Assembly (NCBI RefSeq): GCF_004010195.1
Contig: NC_057718.1
Coordinates: 65,844,770-65,908,769, forward strand
DNA length: 64,000 nucleotides
DNA from: Chiloscyllium plagiosum
Lineage: Eukaryota
Direction: 5' to 3'
Shown piece after piece: positions 49,870 to 60,900 of the stretch (position 1 is the stretch's first letter; every line of letters begins with the position of its first letter). A program made the position numbers and the translations under genes. The notes below the pieces were generated by a model. That model ran no database searches. It saw only the letters and a list, made by a program, of their open reading frames with translations, and was not told the origin of the DNA.

Positions 49870-52760
49870 ACATGCCCCTTTTTGTCAAGTTAGGCTATGG
49901 AGAGTGTACCAGATCATTATGATATGGGACAGTCTGTCTCGGGTGAACTGTATTGCACTGCCTGACTGGTTTGGAGCTATGATCTTCACCTTCAGAGGCC
50001 CTATGGTCTATTCTACAATGGACTTTGTAGAGGAATGCTGTGCAGATTTGTACCTCTCCTCAGCGTCAGTCTGTGGATTTCTGACCATTGTCGTGAGTCA
50101 GAATCTGACAGAATAGACCTTGTCACTGAACAACCATCCCAGGAGAGCTAATAAATGCAGGTCGAGAGTGTGGTGCTTGAAAAGCTGCCGGTCAGGCAGC
50201 ATCTGAGGAGCAAGGCAAAAGCCCTGCATCAGGAATGAGGCAATCCACATTGATGCAGTGGGGTTAGAGGGTTCCGAGGCAGAAGATTAGACATTCTTTG
50301 TCAAGGCGTCAGGTGGTTATGGAGTGGCAATGGAGGAGACCCAGGACCTGCGTGTCCTTGGCAGAGTGGGAGGGGGAGTTGAAGCATCCAGTCACAGGGC
50401 AGTGGGGTTGGTTGGTGAGGGTGACCTGGAAATGTTCTCTGAAGTGCTCCTGTCTCCCCAATGTAGAGGACATTGCATTGAGAGCAACAGATACAGTAAA
50501 TGACGTGTGGAAGTGCAAGTTGGTGGGGTGGAAGGTGAGGACTGGGGGATGGGGGGGGGCAGGCTTCTGTCCTTGTGTTTGGAAGGGTGAGGTTCAAGGG
50601 AGGAGGTGTGGAAAGTGGATGAGATGCGCTGGAGGACATCAACAACCATGTGGGAGGGGAAATTGCGGTCTTTAAAGAAGGCCATCTGGTGTGTTCTGTG
50701 GTGTAACTGGTCCACCTGGGAGTAGATGCGGTGGAGGCGGAGGAGTTTGGAATAAGTGATAGCATTTTTACAAGAGGCAGGGTGGGAGGAGGTGTAGCTC
50801 AGGCAGCTGGGGGGGGGTCAATGGATTTGTAAATGTCCATGTTGAGTAGGTCACCGTTGATGGAGATGGAGAGATCCACCAGGGACAACAAATCCCTATA
50901 CACCTCCATCCACCATGACAAGGGCTTCCAAGCCTTCCATTTCTTCCTCTCTGGATGTCCCCACCAGTACCCTTCCACTAACACTCTCATTCATTTAGAT
51001 ATATTGGTCCTCACCCTCAACAATTTCTCCTTTGAATCCTCCCATTTCCTCCAGGCGAAAGGGCATTGGCACCCGCATGGGGCCCAGCTATGCTCGTCTC
51101 TTTGTCAGTTATGTGGAACAGTCCATCTTCCGCAGTTACACCAGCACCATTCCCCACCTTTTCCTTTGCTACATTGCACCACCTTGTGCTCCCTTGTTGT
51201 GGTTGAACAGTTCATCAACTTCAACAACACATTCCACCCTGACCTTAAATTCACCTGGACCATCTCTGACACCTCCCTCCCCTTCCTGGACCTCTCCATC
51301 TCCATCAATGGTGACAACTGTCATCTTCTACAAACCCATCAACCCCCACAGCTATCTGGATTATACCTCCTCCCACCCTGCCTCCTGTAAAAATGATATC
51401 TCTTATTCCCAATTTCTCTGCCTCCACTGCATCTACTCTCAGGAGGACCAGTTCCACCACAGAACACACCAGATGGCCTCCTTCTTTAAAGGCTGCAATT
51501 TCCCCTCCCTCTTGGTTGATGATGCCTCCAGCGCATCTCATCCACTTCCCGCACCAACTCCCTTGAATCCTACCCCTCCAAACACAACAAAGACAGAACC
51601 TCCCTAGTCCTCACCTTCCACCCCACCAACCTCCGTATACATCGCATCATCCTCCGCCATTTCCGCCACCAAACGGACCCCACCACCAGAGTTACATTTC
51701 CCTCCCCACCTCTATCTGCTTTCTGTAAAAACCATTCCCTCTGCGTTTCTCCCCATCAGGTCCACGCCCCTGAACAACCCATCCTCCCCTCCCGGGACCT
51801 TCCCCTGTCACCATAGGAATTGCAAACCTGCACCCTCACTTCCCCCCTCACCTCCATCCAAGGCCCAAAGGAGCCTTCCATATCGATCAGAGTTTCACCT
51901 GCACTTCCACACATTATTTACTGTATTCGATGCAGTCTCCTCTACATTGGGGAGACCGGGTGCCTACTCGCAGAGCACTGCAGAGAACACCTCGGGGACA
52001 CCCGCACCAACCAACCCCACTGCCCTATGGCCAAACACTTCAACTTCCCCTCCCACTCCACGAAGCACATTCAGGTCCTGGGCCACCTCCATCGCCACTC
52101 CGTAGCCACTCGATGCCTCGAGGAAGAACGCCTCATCTTCCACCTTGGGACCCTCCAACCCACAGCATCAATGTGGATTTCACCAGCTTCCTCATTTCCC
52201 CTCCCCCACCTTACCCCAGTTCCAACCTTCCAATTCAGCACCACCCTGATGACATGTCCTACCTGCCCGTCTTCGTTTCCACCTATCCGCTCCACCATCC
52301 TCCCTGACCTATCACCACTACCCGCACCTCCATCTACCTATCGCACTTTCAGCTACTTTCCCCCAATCCCACCCATCCCCGTCCCATTTATCTCACCATT
52401 CTCTTGGCTCACAGCCTCATTCCTAATAAAGGGCTTTTGCCCGAAAAGTCTCTTGCTCCTCAGATGCTGCCTGATCTGCTGTGCTTTTCCAGCAACACAC
52501 TCTCAACTCTAATCCCCAGCATCTACAGTCCTCGCTTTCACCTAATAAGTGCAGGTGTTGAGTGCTCCAAAATGTAGACTTTGTGACATGTACAAAGCTG
52601 CATTATCTGCTGGAATGGGCACAGAAGATCAGCATATGCATATAGCAGAAGCCTTTCCAGTTCCTACTTCCTGTTGGAGAACCGCATTATTATCAGGTCT
52701 CTGTGGGTACAATCAAGCACAATTTGCCCCTGTACAAATGCTGCATTGGTAGCAAGGACA
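49870..52760 (-). mobile_element. Harbinger (PIF/HARBI1-type) DDE transposase remnant split by the PLE at 50163-52541
   Basis: Manual translation. Right part: LDCTH...NWKGFCYMHM (cf. IDCTH...NRKGFHSINVQ). Left part: GWLFSDKVY...RNPQTDAEERY...HSSTKSIVE*TIG.LK...SGSAIQFT...LHSL (cf. WLLGDxGY...EExYN.AH..TR..IE..IG.LK...GGALQY...LHN). Stops present. Confidence 0.8.
50163..52541 (+). mobile_element. Penelope-like element family A: RT, GIY-YIG and hammerhead 3' end (about 50880-52541, +) with an inverted 3' copy at its 5' side (50163 to about 50880, -)
   Basis: SLYTSI, LTLNNFSF, MGPSYARLFV, HPDLKFT, FLDL, YLDYTSSHP and IIYCIRC..LYIGET...EH...HF motifs. TSD CTAATAA(A/G)TGCAGGT at 50148-50162 and 52542-52556. 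Frameshifted. Confidence 0.92.
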
Positions 52761-53048
52761 CCTGTCCAGGCTACACAACTCCCAGTACTCAATGCAACAT
52801 GGATAAATGGGTGAGCTCTACCAAAGAGAGATCACTTACCTGCCACATACATTAATGAGTAGATGCAGGTGAGATTCCACAGGAGTCCCTAGTAGCTTCC
52901 TGAAATGAACCACTAGTATAGGAATAAAGGCCATGGCCAGCTTGAAAGCATCCAAGATTCAATCGCTCCTAGTATGTGAATATGTGGGCATTCATCTAGC
53001 AGTTGACAGATGTGCATGACCACTTCCCAGAAAATCCTGAGACTCAAG

Positions 53049-53184
53049 GCATTCCTGATGAAGAGTCTATGCTCAAAATGTCAACTCTCCTGCTCCTCAG
53101 ATGCTGCCTGACTGGCTATGCATTTCCAGCACCACACTTTTTGACTCTGATCTCCAGCATCTGTAGTCCTCTCTCTCTCCTAGT
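53049..53184 (+). mobile_element. PLE family A 3' terminus, solo 136-bp insertion
   Basis: Begins about 6 nt before CTGATGA. Exact TSD TGAGACTCAAG at 53038-53048 and 53185-53195. Confidence 0.88.
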
Positions 53185-53568
53185 TGAGACTCAAGACCAC
53201 CTGGAATCTTGTCACCAAATTGACTGGATCCCAGAACTCAAACTGATTGGAACTCAGTCCTGACTTGATTCCAAATCCCTAGACTAACTGGAGCCCAGCC
53301 TCTAGTTCAACTGAACTGCAGTCTCCAAACTGACCGCAGCACACTGACTACTGGACTTACAGAAGCACCCTGGACTTATGGGATACAATAACTCCACCCC
53401 CAAATAAATTGACTACAGCACACACTTGCCTGTTATCCTTCTTTGTCTTCACTTCATTCGTGGTTCCATGCAGCTCACGCACAGACACTCCCTATTTACC
53501 ACATGTGGTTTCATGCTCTTCATGTCCACTGTATTTGGGAAGGTGACAATGTGAGTTACAGTGAGTAT

Positions 53569-56500
53569 TATTATGACACAGAGGTGAACCTTTTCTGATA
53601 ATTAAACCAAAAAGTAGCTAATTCACCCTTCAATTTCATCATCGTCTTCTTGTAGCAGTACAGCTCCAATTCCTATATCGCTGAAAATCACACTATACTA
53701 GGTAATAGTCCAACAGGTTTATTTGGAAGTACTAGCTTTCGGAGCACTGCTTCTTCATCAGGTAGCTGATGAAGGAACAGTGCTCCAAAACCTAGTGCTT
53801 CCAAATAAATCTGTTGGACTATTACCTGATGTTGTGTGATTTTTAACTATCTCAACCCGAGTGCAACACCGGCATCGCTACATCCTATACCGCTAGCATC
53901 GATTGCAACTTTGAAAGGTTTCAAAAATATTGGTGTAACTAAAACTGGTACTGTGGTTAATATGGCTTTTAAATTCTCAAATGCCTCCTCACATTGTTCT
54001 GTCCACCAAGATTTTGTGATCTTCTTTAATCAATCCATTAGTGGTACCAAAACGTTGCTGAAATTTAGAACAAACATCCAGTAGAATCCGTTTAATCCCA
54101 AAGATTGATGCACCTCTTTCTTTGAGGATGGTCATGGAAATTCCTCGATGGCCTTTGTCTTCACATTCCTTGGAGTCAAACTTACATGTCCGATGTTATG
54201 TCTCAAGAACTTCATGAATTCTACTTTCTTTAAGTTTATTAAGCTTCTCGTAATCATTCAATGAGCTCTGCCAACTGTACCATGTGATCTTTCTATAACT
54301 CGCTAAGGATCACTGCATCATCTAGATAAACTGCACAACTTGTTAATCCAGCCATAACTCTGTTCATGAGACTTTGGAATGTGGCTGGTGGGTTCTTCAT
54401 TCTATAGGGCATCGCTTTGAATTGATATAGGCATTTGGGATTACAAACACAGAAACTTCTTTTGCTTTCTCTGATAGATACCTGCCAGTAACCACGCAGT
54501 AAATCTAACTTCGTTGTGTAAGTGGCTTGACAAACTTTCTCCATACAGTCCTCCAATCTTGGTATTGGATGGGAATCTGATTCTGTTACAGCATTGACCT
54601 TCCAATAGTCTATACAGGTTTGGGAACCAGCACAATCGGTGAACTCCACTCACTCTGACTTGGTTCAATATCTTCATTGAGTATCACATTCATTCTTTCT
54701 GGACCTGTATGACTGAGAGGATTAAGTTACTAGGGGTATTGTTTTATTGGAACAGCACTTCCTACTTCCACCTCATGCACAATAGTATTAGTCCTCCCCA
54801 TCTTATTCCTGCATAGGTCCTCATAGAACTGTAACAGACTTTTCAACTCAGTTCTTTGCTCCTGAGACAGACAGCTCACTAACCTATCCCACTCCTCAAG
54901 GGCTTCCTCATTATTTAACATATTTTGAGGCACATCAAAATTCACATCATCTGGATTTGATTCCTCACTCTACAGAGCAGTAACTGACACCTGTTTCTCC
55001 AGTTCCCTGCCTATTATAGTAAGGTTTAAAATAATCCACATGACATTGATACAGTTTTTTACCAGACAGTTTACCTGACTCAACTTTTTCTCTCTTTGAT
55101 AGGGGCCACTAAACCTGGCTTTGAAGGGATCTCCTACTACTGGTAACAATACTAATATGTCATCTCCACAGGAAAACAGTCAAATTTTAGAGTTTTATCT
55201 AACATCTGCTTCATACTATGCTGTGCTCTCTCCAGGCACTGTTTAGCTAACTCACCTGCAAGATTTAAGTTTTCCTTCACCTCAGATACATAATCCAAGT
55301 GTTAGATCTCCAACTTTGGTCCTATCAATTTTTCTTTAATTAATTTCAAATGCCTTTTTCTTCATGTCCAAATATTAACTCAAAGGGACTAAACTGAGTA
55401 GATTCATGTGGGGTATTTCTGATGGCAAACAATATGAATGGGATACCTTTATCCCAATCATTCAGATAATCCTGACACTACACTTTTAACATGGTCTTCA
55501 GGGTCTGATGCCACCTTTCAAAGGCTCCCTGGGATTCAAGATGATACTCACTTGATTTAAAGTGCTGTTATGGCTAAACTATTCATGACTTCCTTAAACA
55601 GCTTCGCAGTAAAATTAGACCCTTGAATCTCTCTGGGTAGCCCATATCAGGTAAAGAAAGCTACTAACTCCTCCACCACTGCTTTTGCCTTAATACTCAG
55701 TAATCTGGTAGACACATCCATTATGGTTAGTAGATATTGGTTCTCACTTTTAGTTTTAGGGGAAGGGGACCTACACAATCAATCACAACTCATGTGAAAG
55801 GTCCTTTAAATGCAGGAATTGGCAATGAAGGTGTTGTTTTTATTACTGCCTGTGGCTTACCTACCATTTGGCATGTATAACATGTATGGCAAAATTTAAC
55901 CACATTCTTGTGTGGTCTAGGCTAATAGAAGTGCTTTTGTACCTTAGCCTGAGTATTCCTCACACCTAGACGACCTCCAACTGGTAATCCATATGCTACC
56001 TGTAATACTTCCTGTCTGTATGCCACCGGCAACACAATCTGGTGCACTTCCGTCCATTTCTCCACTGCACTAACCTGCTGTGGTCTCCATTTTCATCTTT
56101 GGATTCGATTTTTAAGATAATTAACCCTCAGGAATCCATTCTGATTCCTTTTCTGAGAATGCATCAATAAATATATCTTTTATTGTCTCATCTTGCTGTT
56201 ATAAGTCCATTAGCCTTTCAGGACTAAACACTGACCCTCTGACCCTCAGGTTTTTCCTGCACCATTACATCAAACAGGATATCCACTAACTGAACCTCAA
56301 CTTCTTCATCTTTCTCTTTAGATTTTCCCTTATTGGGGTGACTTATGACAGTGGGAACTTGTTACAACAGAGTCTGGAAAACTTCCAGGGTATTTGTCTT
56401 TTAACTCCTCGGTTCCCTGGTTCTCCTTTGGCTTCTCCACCACAAGGGGCGACACTCCCACTTTGGATCCTGCCAGATTGTTCCCAAGAACAAACTGTAT

Positions 56501-59043
56501 TCCTGGAACTGGTACCCTATCAATCACTCTCACTGTTACTTTCCCAGTCTTGATTTGGCTCTCTAACCTGATCGTACACATGGAAACACTAAATTTCTGC
56601 CCATTTATTCCACAAATTACCACTCTCTCGGGTAATATGTCAGAGAATGCAAATACATTCATCTCTTACTATTAGAGACTAATTAGATCCTGTATTTCTC
56701 AAAATTGTAACTCCTTGCCCTTCTCCCCTGTTCTTCCCGAGTAAACTTTGCCGACAGAAGTGAAGTCTTTATACAGATCAGATATTAACTCAATACTCAG
56801 CCCCTGCCTAGGCTGTGCAATCTCCTGCAGCTCCTTGACTTTTCTTGGGGTTTCCTTTACTATTTCTACTAATACCACTGGCTTAGCCTCTTCATCATTT
56901 CCCACAGTGCTTTTCTTCAATGACCAGCACTGTGACTTAGTATATCCCACCTTACCACAGCAGAAATACTTGAGGCCTTTCACTCGTCTTCACTTCTTGG
57001 GCCTCATCTATCACTTATGGTAAACTATTCCTAGTGTGATCTACTGTTTGTTTTGTAGTGAAGGTTCTCCCCTTCTCCCAACTTTTATCCCTCACAGGAT
57101 GAAATTCCTGTCGGAAGCTAAATATCAACTTATGCACCAATATATATTCATCCACCATCACTGCCACGCTTGTAAATTTTTGAACTTTCTATTCATCCAC
57201 ATGAATTCGTACCATCTCTGGAAGTGAGTTTTTAAACTCCTCCAGCAGAATAATCTCTCTTAAAGCTTCATATGTCATATCAAAATTACTAAGTCTAATT
57301 CATTCGAATTAAACATAAGTCTGACCTAGTCCTTTCTTTATGTTTCTGAACCGCTGTCTATATGCTTCTGGTACCAATTTATAGGCACTCAAAATAGTCT
57401 GTTTGATATCTGCATAATCTCTGGACCCCTCATCTGATAACTCTGCAAATACCTCACTAGTCTTGCCTACCAGCTTAGTCTGAACTAGCATTACCCACAA
57501 GTTCTCTGGCCACTCCATCTGCCTAGCTAATATTTCATGTGAAATAAAGAAGGTTTCGACATCTTTCTCATCAAATGACAATGTTTTAACATATTGCATA
57601 CATCACTACATTCTCCCTACATCTCCATCCTGTTAACTTGACTTTCCTGACTAATTCGCAACATCTGAAGTTCAATTTCTCTCTCCCTTTCTCTTTCCTC
57701 TCTCTCTTAGTTCAACTAAAAACCTTCTCTCTCTTTCTCTTTCCTCTCTCTTTCTTTTTCCCCTCATATGGCTCTTCTTTCCCTTTTAACTCCATTTGCC
57801 TCAATTGCAATTTAAATTTTTCTAACCCAACTGCACTTGTCTGTTTCTCTGGTACACCTAAGTGCTTGATCAACTCCATTACATTTTCAGCTTTCCTCTG
57901 TCCCTGGTTAAACCCGATTATAACCTATTTGCTAATTCTAAAAGTATATCCTTCCTCTGTCTTCCTCAACTTTATTGGCAAATTTGGGAAGCATCTTCAA
58001 AGCCCAGAACCTCTTTAGCAATCTTAAGAGCCATTTCCCTCACTTTTAATTTAACCAACTACAAGTAACCAAAATTAAACACATTTTCTCACCTCAGCTT
58101 TATTTAAAGATCTAGGACATTAATCGCCAAGTGTTTAAATCTGCTGGGATCTTTCATACCCAAAATCAGTTCGAATCTGTCCAAATCTCAGACTGGATTT
58201 GTCTAAACCTGTCCAAATCTATCCAAATCTCAGACCCGAGACCTCAAAACCTGGGGTCAAAGGCAAACCTTTTCTGTTAATTAAACCAAACACCCAGAAA
58301 AGCTTGCCTGACCTTGTAATCTGTTAAAATGTGAGTGACAGAGAATTCCTAAATTCCACTATTTAAAGAAAACAACATCAATTTTTTTTTTACTCTAAAA
58401 GTGAACATTAAACACAAAAAACTATTCACAAATCTAAGCCCCCCTTCCCCTTAGCTGCTAACTCTCTGACTCCAAATCTTTAACAATATGCTATTCCAAT
58501 AAGATACTTATTAAAATTATATTAGCTTAATTTCAAAATCACAGAAGTCTTTGACTTCTGTGCTGTCTTCCACTTTCCTGCTGCTGATCTCCTTCTTCCT
58601 TTTTACTGCAAGTATGTATCATATGAAAAGATACCTTTGTTAGAGATTGTTTTCTAATTTCTTTGAGACTAAGATGTTAGATGGTCAATTAGTTCTCCAG
58701 TAGTTTCTCTCTCCATGGCAGTTGCTCTCTGACCAATTTTTAAAATGTCCACATTCTTATACCCCAACATTGAATCAATGAGATGATCCAATGTTAGGAA
58801 AACAAATCAATTCAAACTCAATTGGGTTTTGGTATCCAGGGGCATAATTCAAACCGATTGGTTAAGTGTGAATTGCTGTCAAAAAAGCAACCAAAACTCA
58901 AGGTATCCATTTCACAACCAAATGTTACATATATTCAATTTTATGGTATGCTCTGGAACTGTCATCTGGTCAGATACACTGGTGCTTATAATCTCTCAGC
59001 ATTCTCTCTTAAAAAATATAGTTGTACCTTCAACTTAATAACA
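53569..59043 (-). mobile_element. Gypsy LTR retrotransposon, Gmr1-like (gag-PR-INT-RT-RH), decayed
   Basis: 5' LTR about 58250-59043. Gag with LVPEAYRQRFR and CxxCx4(H/Y)x4C knuckle. PR about 56450-56690, INT about 55400-56050, RT 54250-54950 (LDLLRGYWQV, AVYLDD). Only about 45 bp of the 3' LTR end survive at 53569. 4-bp TSD GTAT at 53565-53568 and 59044-59047. Confidence 0.9.
53683..53882. mobile_element. Fold-back mini-insertion, hammerhead family B, nested in the Gypsy element
   Basis: Arms meet at cttcatcag-gtag-ctgatgaag. TSD TCCTATA(T/C)CGCT at 53671-53682 and 53883-53894. Confidence 0.88.
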
Positions 59044-59097
59044 GTATCATTTAAAGCCATATTGCTTTAAACCAAAGCAGCAAATACTTAGGACATC

Positions 59098-60055
59098 AAG
59101 ACCATGAGATGTAGGAGCAACACTAGAGCATTCAGCCCATCATGTCTGTTCCATCATTCAATGAGATCATGACTGATCTGGTAATCTTCAATTCAATTTT
59201 TCTGCCCTTTCCCCAATGTCCCTGATTCACTTATTGATTAAAAATCTGGCAATCTCAGTCTTGAATATACTTAATAGCCCAACCTCAATACCCTCCTACA
59301 GTGATGAATTCCACAGATTCTCTATACTCTTAGAGGAGAAATTCCTCCTAATCTCTGTCTTAAGTGCATTTATTCTGGTGCTAGACTCTCCCACTGGGAA
59401 AACAAACTTTCTGCATCTACCCTGTCATGTTGCTTATGAATCTTGCATGCTTCAATAAGGTTACCTCACATTCTTTAAAATTCCAATCATTATGGAATCC
59501 AAACCTGTTCACAGTTGTCCAGCTATGGTCTGACTAGCGTCTTGTGTACTTCTAGCCTATTTTTATACTCCATTTCCTCCAAAAGGCCAACATTTCTTTT
59601 GCCTTCCCCTATTAACCACTGATCTTGGATGTTAGCTTTTTGCGATTCATGGGCAAGGACTCCAAAATCCCTCTATTCTGTAGCTTTCTGCAGTATTTCT
59701 CTATTTAAATAAGATTCAGCTCCTCTATTCTACCTGCCAAATTGCACATTTCGCACTTCATATTCCATCTGGTAAGTTTTTGCCAACTCCGTTAGCCTGT
59801 CTATATCCCTCTACGGACACTTTTGTTTTGTTAACCCCACCACTTGCCTTTGCTCCTATTGTCATGTTATTTACAAACTTATCTACAATAGATTCATTTA
59901 CCTCATCCAAGTCATTAACGTATATTGTAAATAATTGTGGCCCCATACTGATCACTGTGACACTTCACTAGTTGTAGGTGCCAGAATGAAAATAAATTCC
60001 TTATCTCAATTCTCTGTCACCTACTAGTTAGGCCAGCCTCTAGCCATGATAATAG
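59098..60055 (-). mobile_element. Old CR1 3' fragment
   Basis: MGPQLFTIYVNDLDE plus CR1 3'UTR. Confidence 0.8.
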
Positions 60056-60670
60056 ACTAGAATAGAATAGCCTTAATTGTCATGTGCACTTGAATGAGTG
60101 CAGTGAAAAGTTTATAATGTCACCTCTTGGTGCCATCTTAGCTACAGGGTACCTAGGTACAAGTACTTTAAGTGTTGTCACAGAATTGAAATAATAACAA
60201 AATAGATTAGCATGGGAAAACAGAGTTTAAAAGTCCAGAATGAGCATAAAAAGTGCTTATAAAATACTCGAGTTATTGGTCTTGTAACCTTTTCACAACA
60301 CGAGTCCGTGCCCACTGGGCTTCAGAACATGAGGCCATGCTGTGTCCAAGTGCTGGCCTCTATCTAGCACTCACTCTGCTGCTGCTCCACAATCTGGCCA
60401 CGACTCACTCTGCTCTCGCTCCAGTCTCTGGCCATGACTCGCTCTGCTCCCCCCTCCGGGACTCGGTCCGTGAGCTCTGATCCCCCCCGGGTTCTGAACT
60501 TGTCTCCCTTTGTCTTGCCTCCATTCTCCAGATAGTGTTGGGTAGTTTAGAAAGTTGGGGGCAGGGGAAGAAAAAACTGCTGCAAAGAGGGAAAAATGGA
60601 AAGAAAAAGAAAAAGGTACTGATGAAGAGAGGAGCTCTGACTAGAGTGTCTTACTCTGTCGCCATCTTAG
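60056..60670 (-). mobile_element. Second copy of the unclassified AAGATGGC-headed non-autonomous element
   Basis: Reverse complement starts aagatggcgacagagtaagacactc...gagctc and ends ttttcactgcac...acatgacaattaaggc(tattc)n. Confidence 0.65.
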
Positions 60671-60674
60671 AGTC

Positions 60675-60900
60675 TTAGAGACGTACAGCACAAAAACAAA
60701 CGCTTCGATCCAACTTGTCCATGCTGACCACATATTGTAAATTAATCTAGTCCTGTTTCCCAGCACTTGGCCCATATGCCTCTAAACCCTTCCTATTCAT
60801 CCAGATGCCTTTCAAATATGATAATTATACCAGCCTCCACAACTTCCTCTAGCACCTTATTCCGTACACGCATTATCCTCTGCATGAAAAAGTTGCCCTT
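60675..60900 (-). mobile_element. CR1 3' tail fragment
   Basis: Homologous to 9830-10055. Confidence 0.8.

Noticed and set aside
50880..52541. Active or domesticated PLE gene
   Set aside because: Multiple frameshifts, the RT YIDD motif region is disrupted, and the hammerhead box at about 52423 is mutated (CTAATAA).
58225..58250. Primer-binding site of the Gypsy element
   Set aside because: Too degenerate to assign a tRNA.
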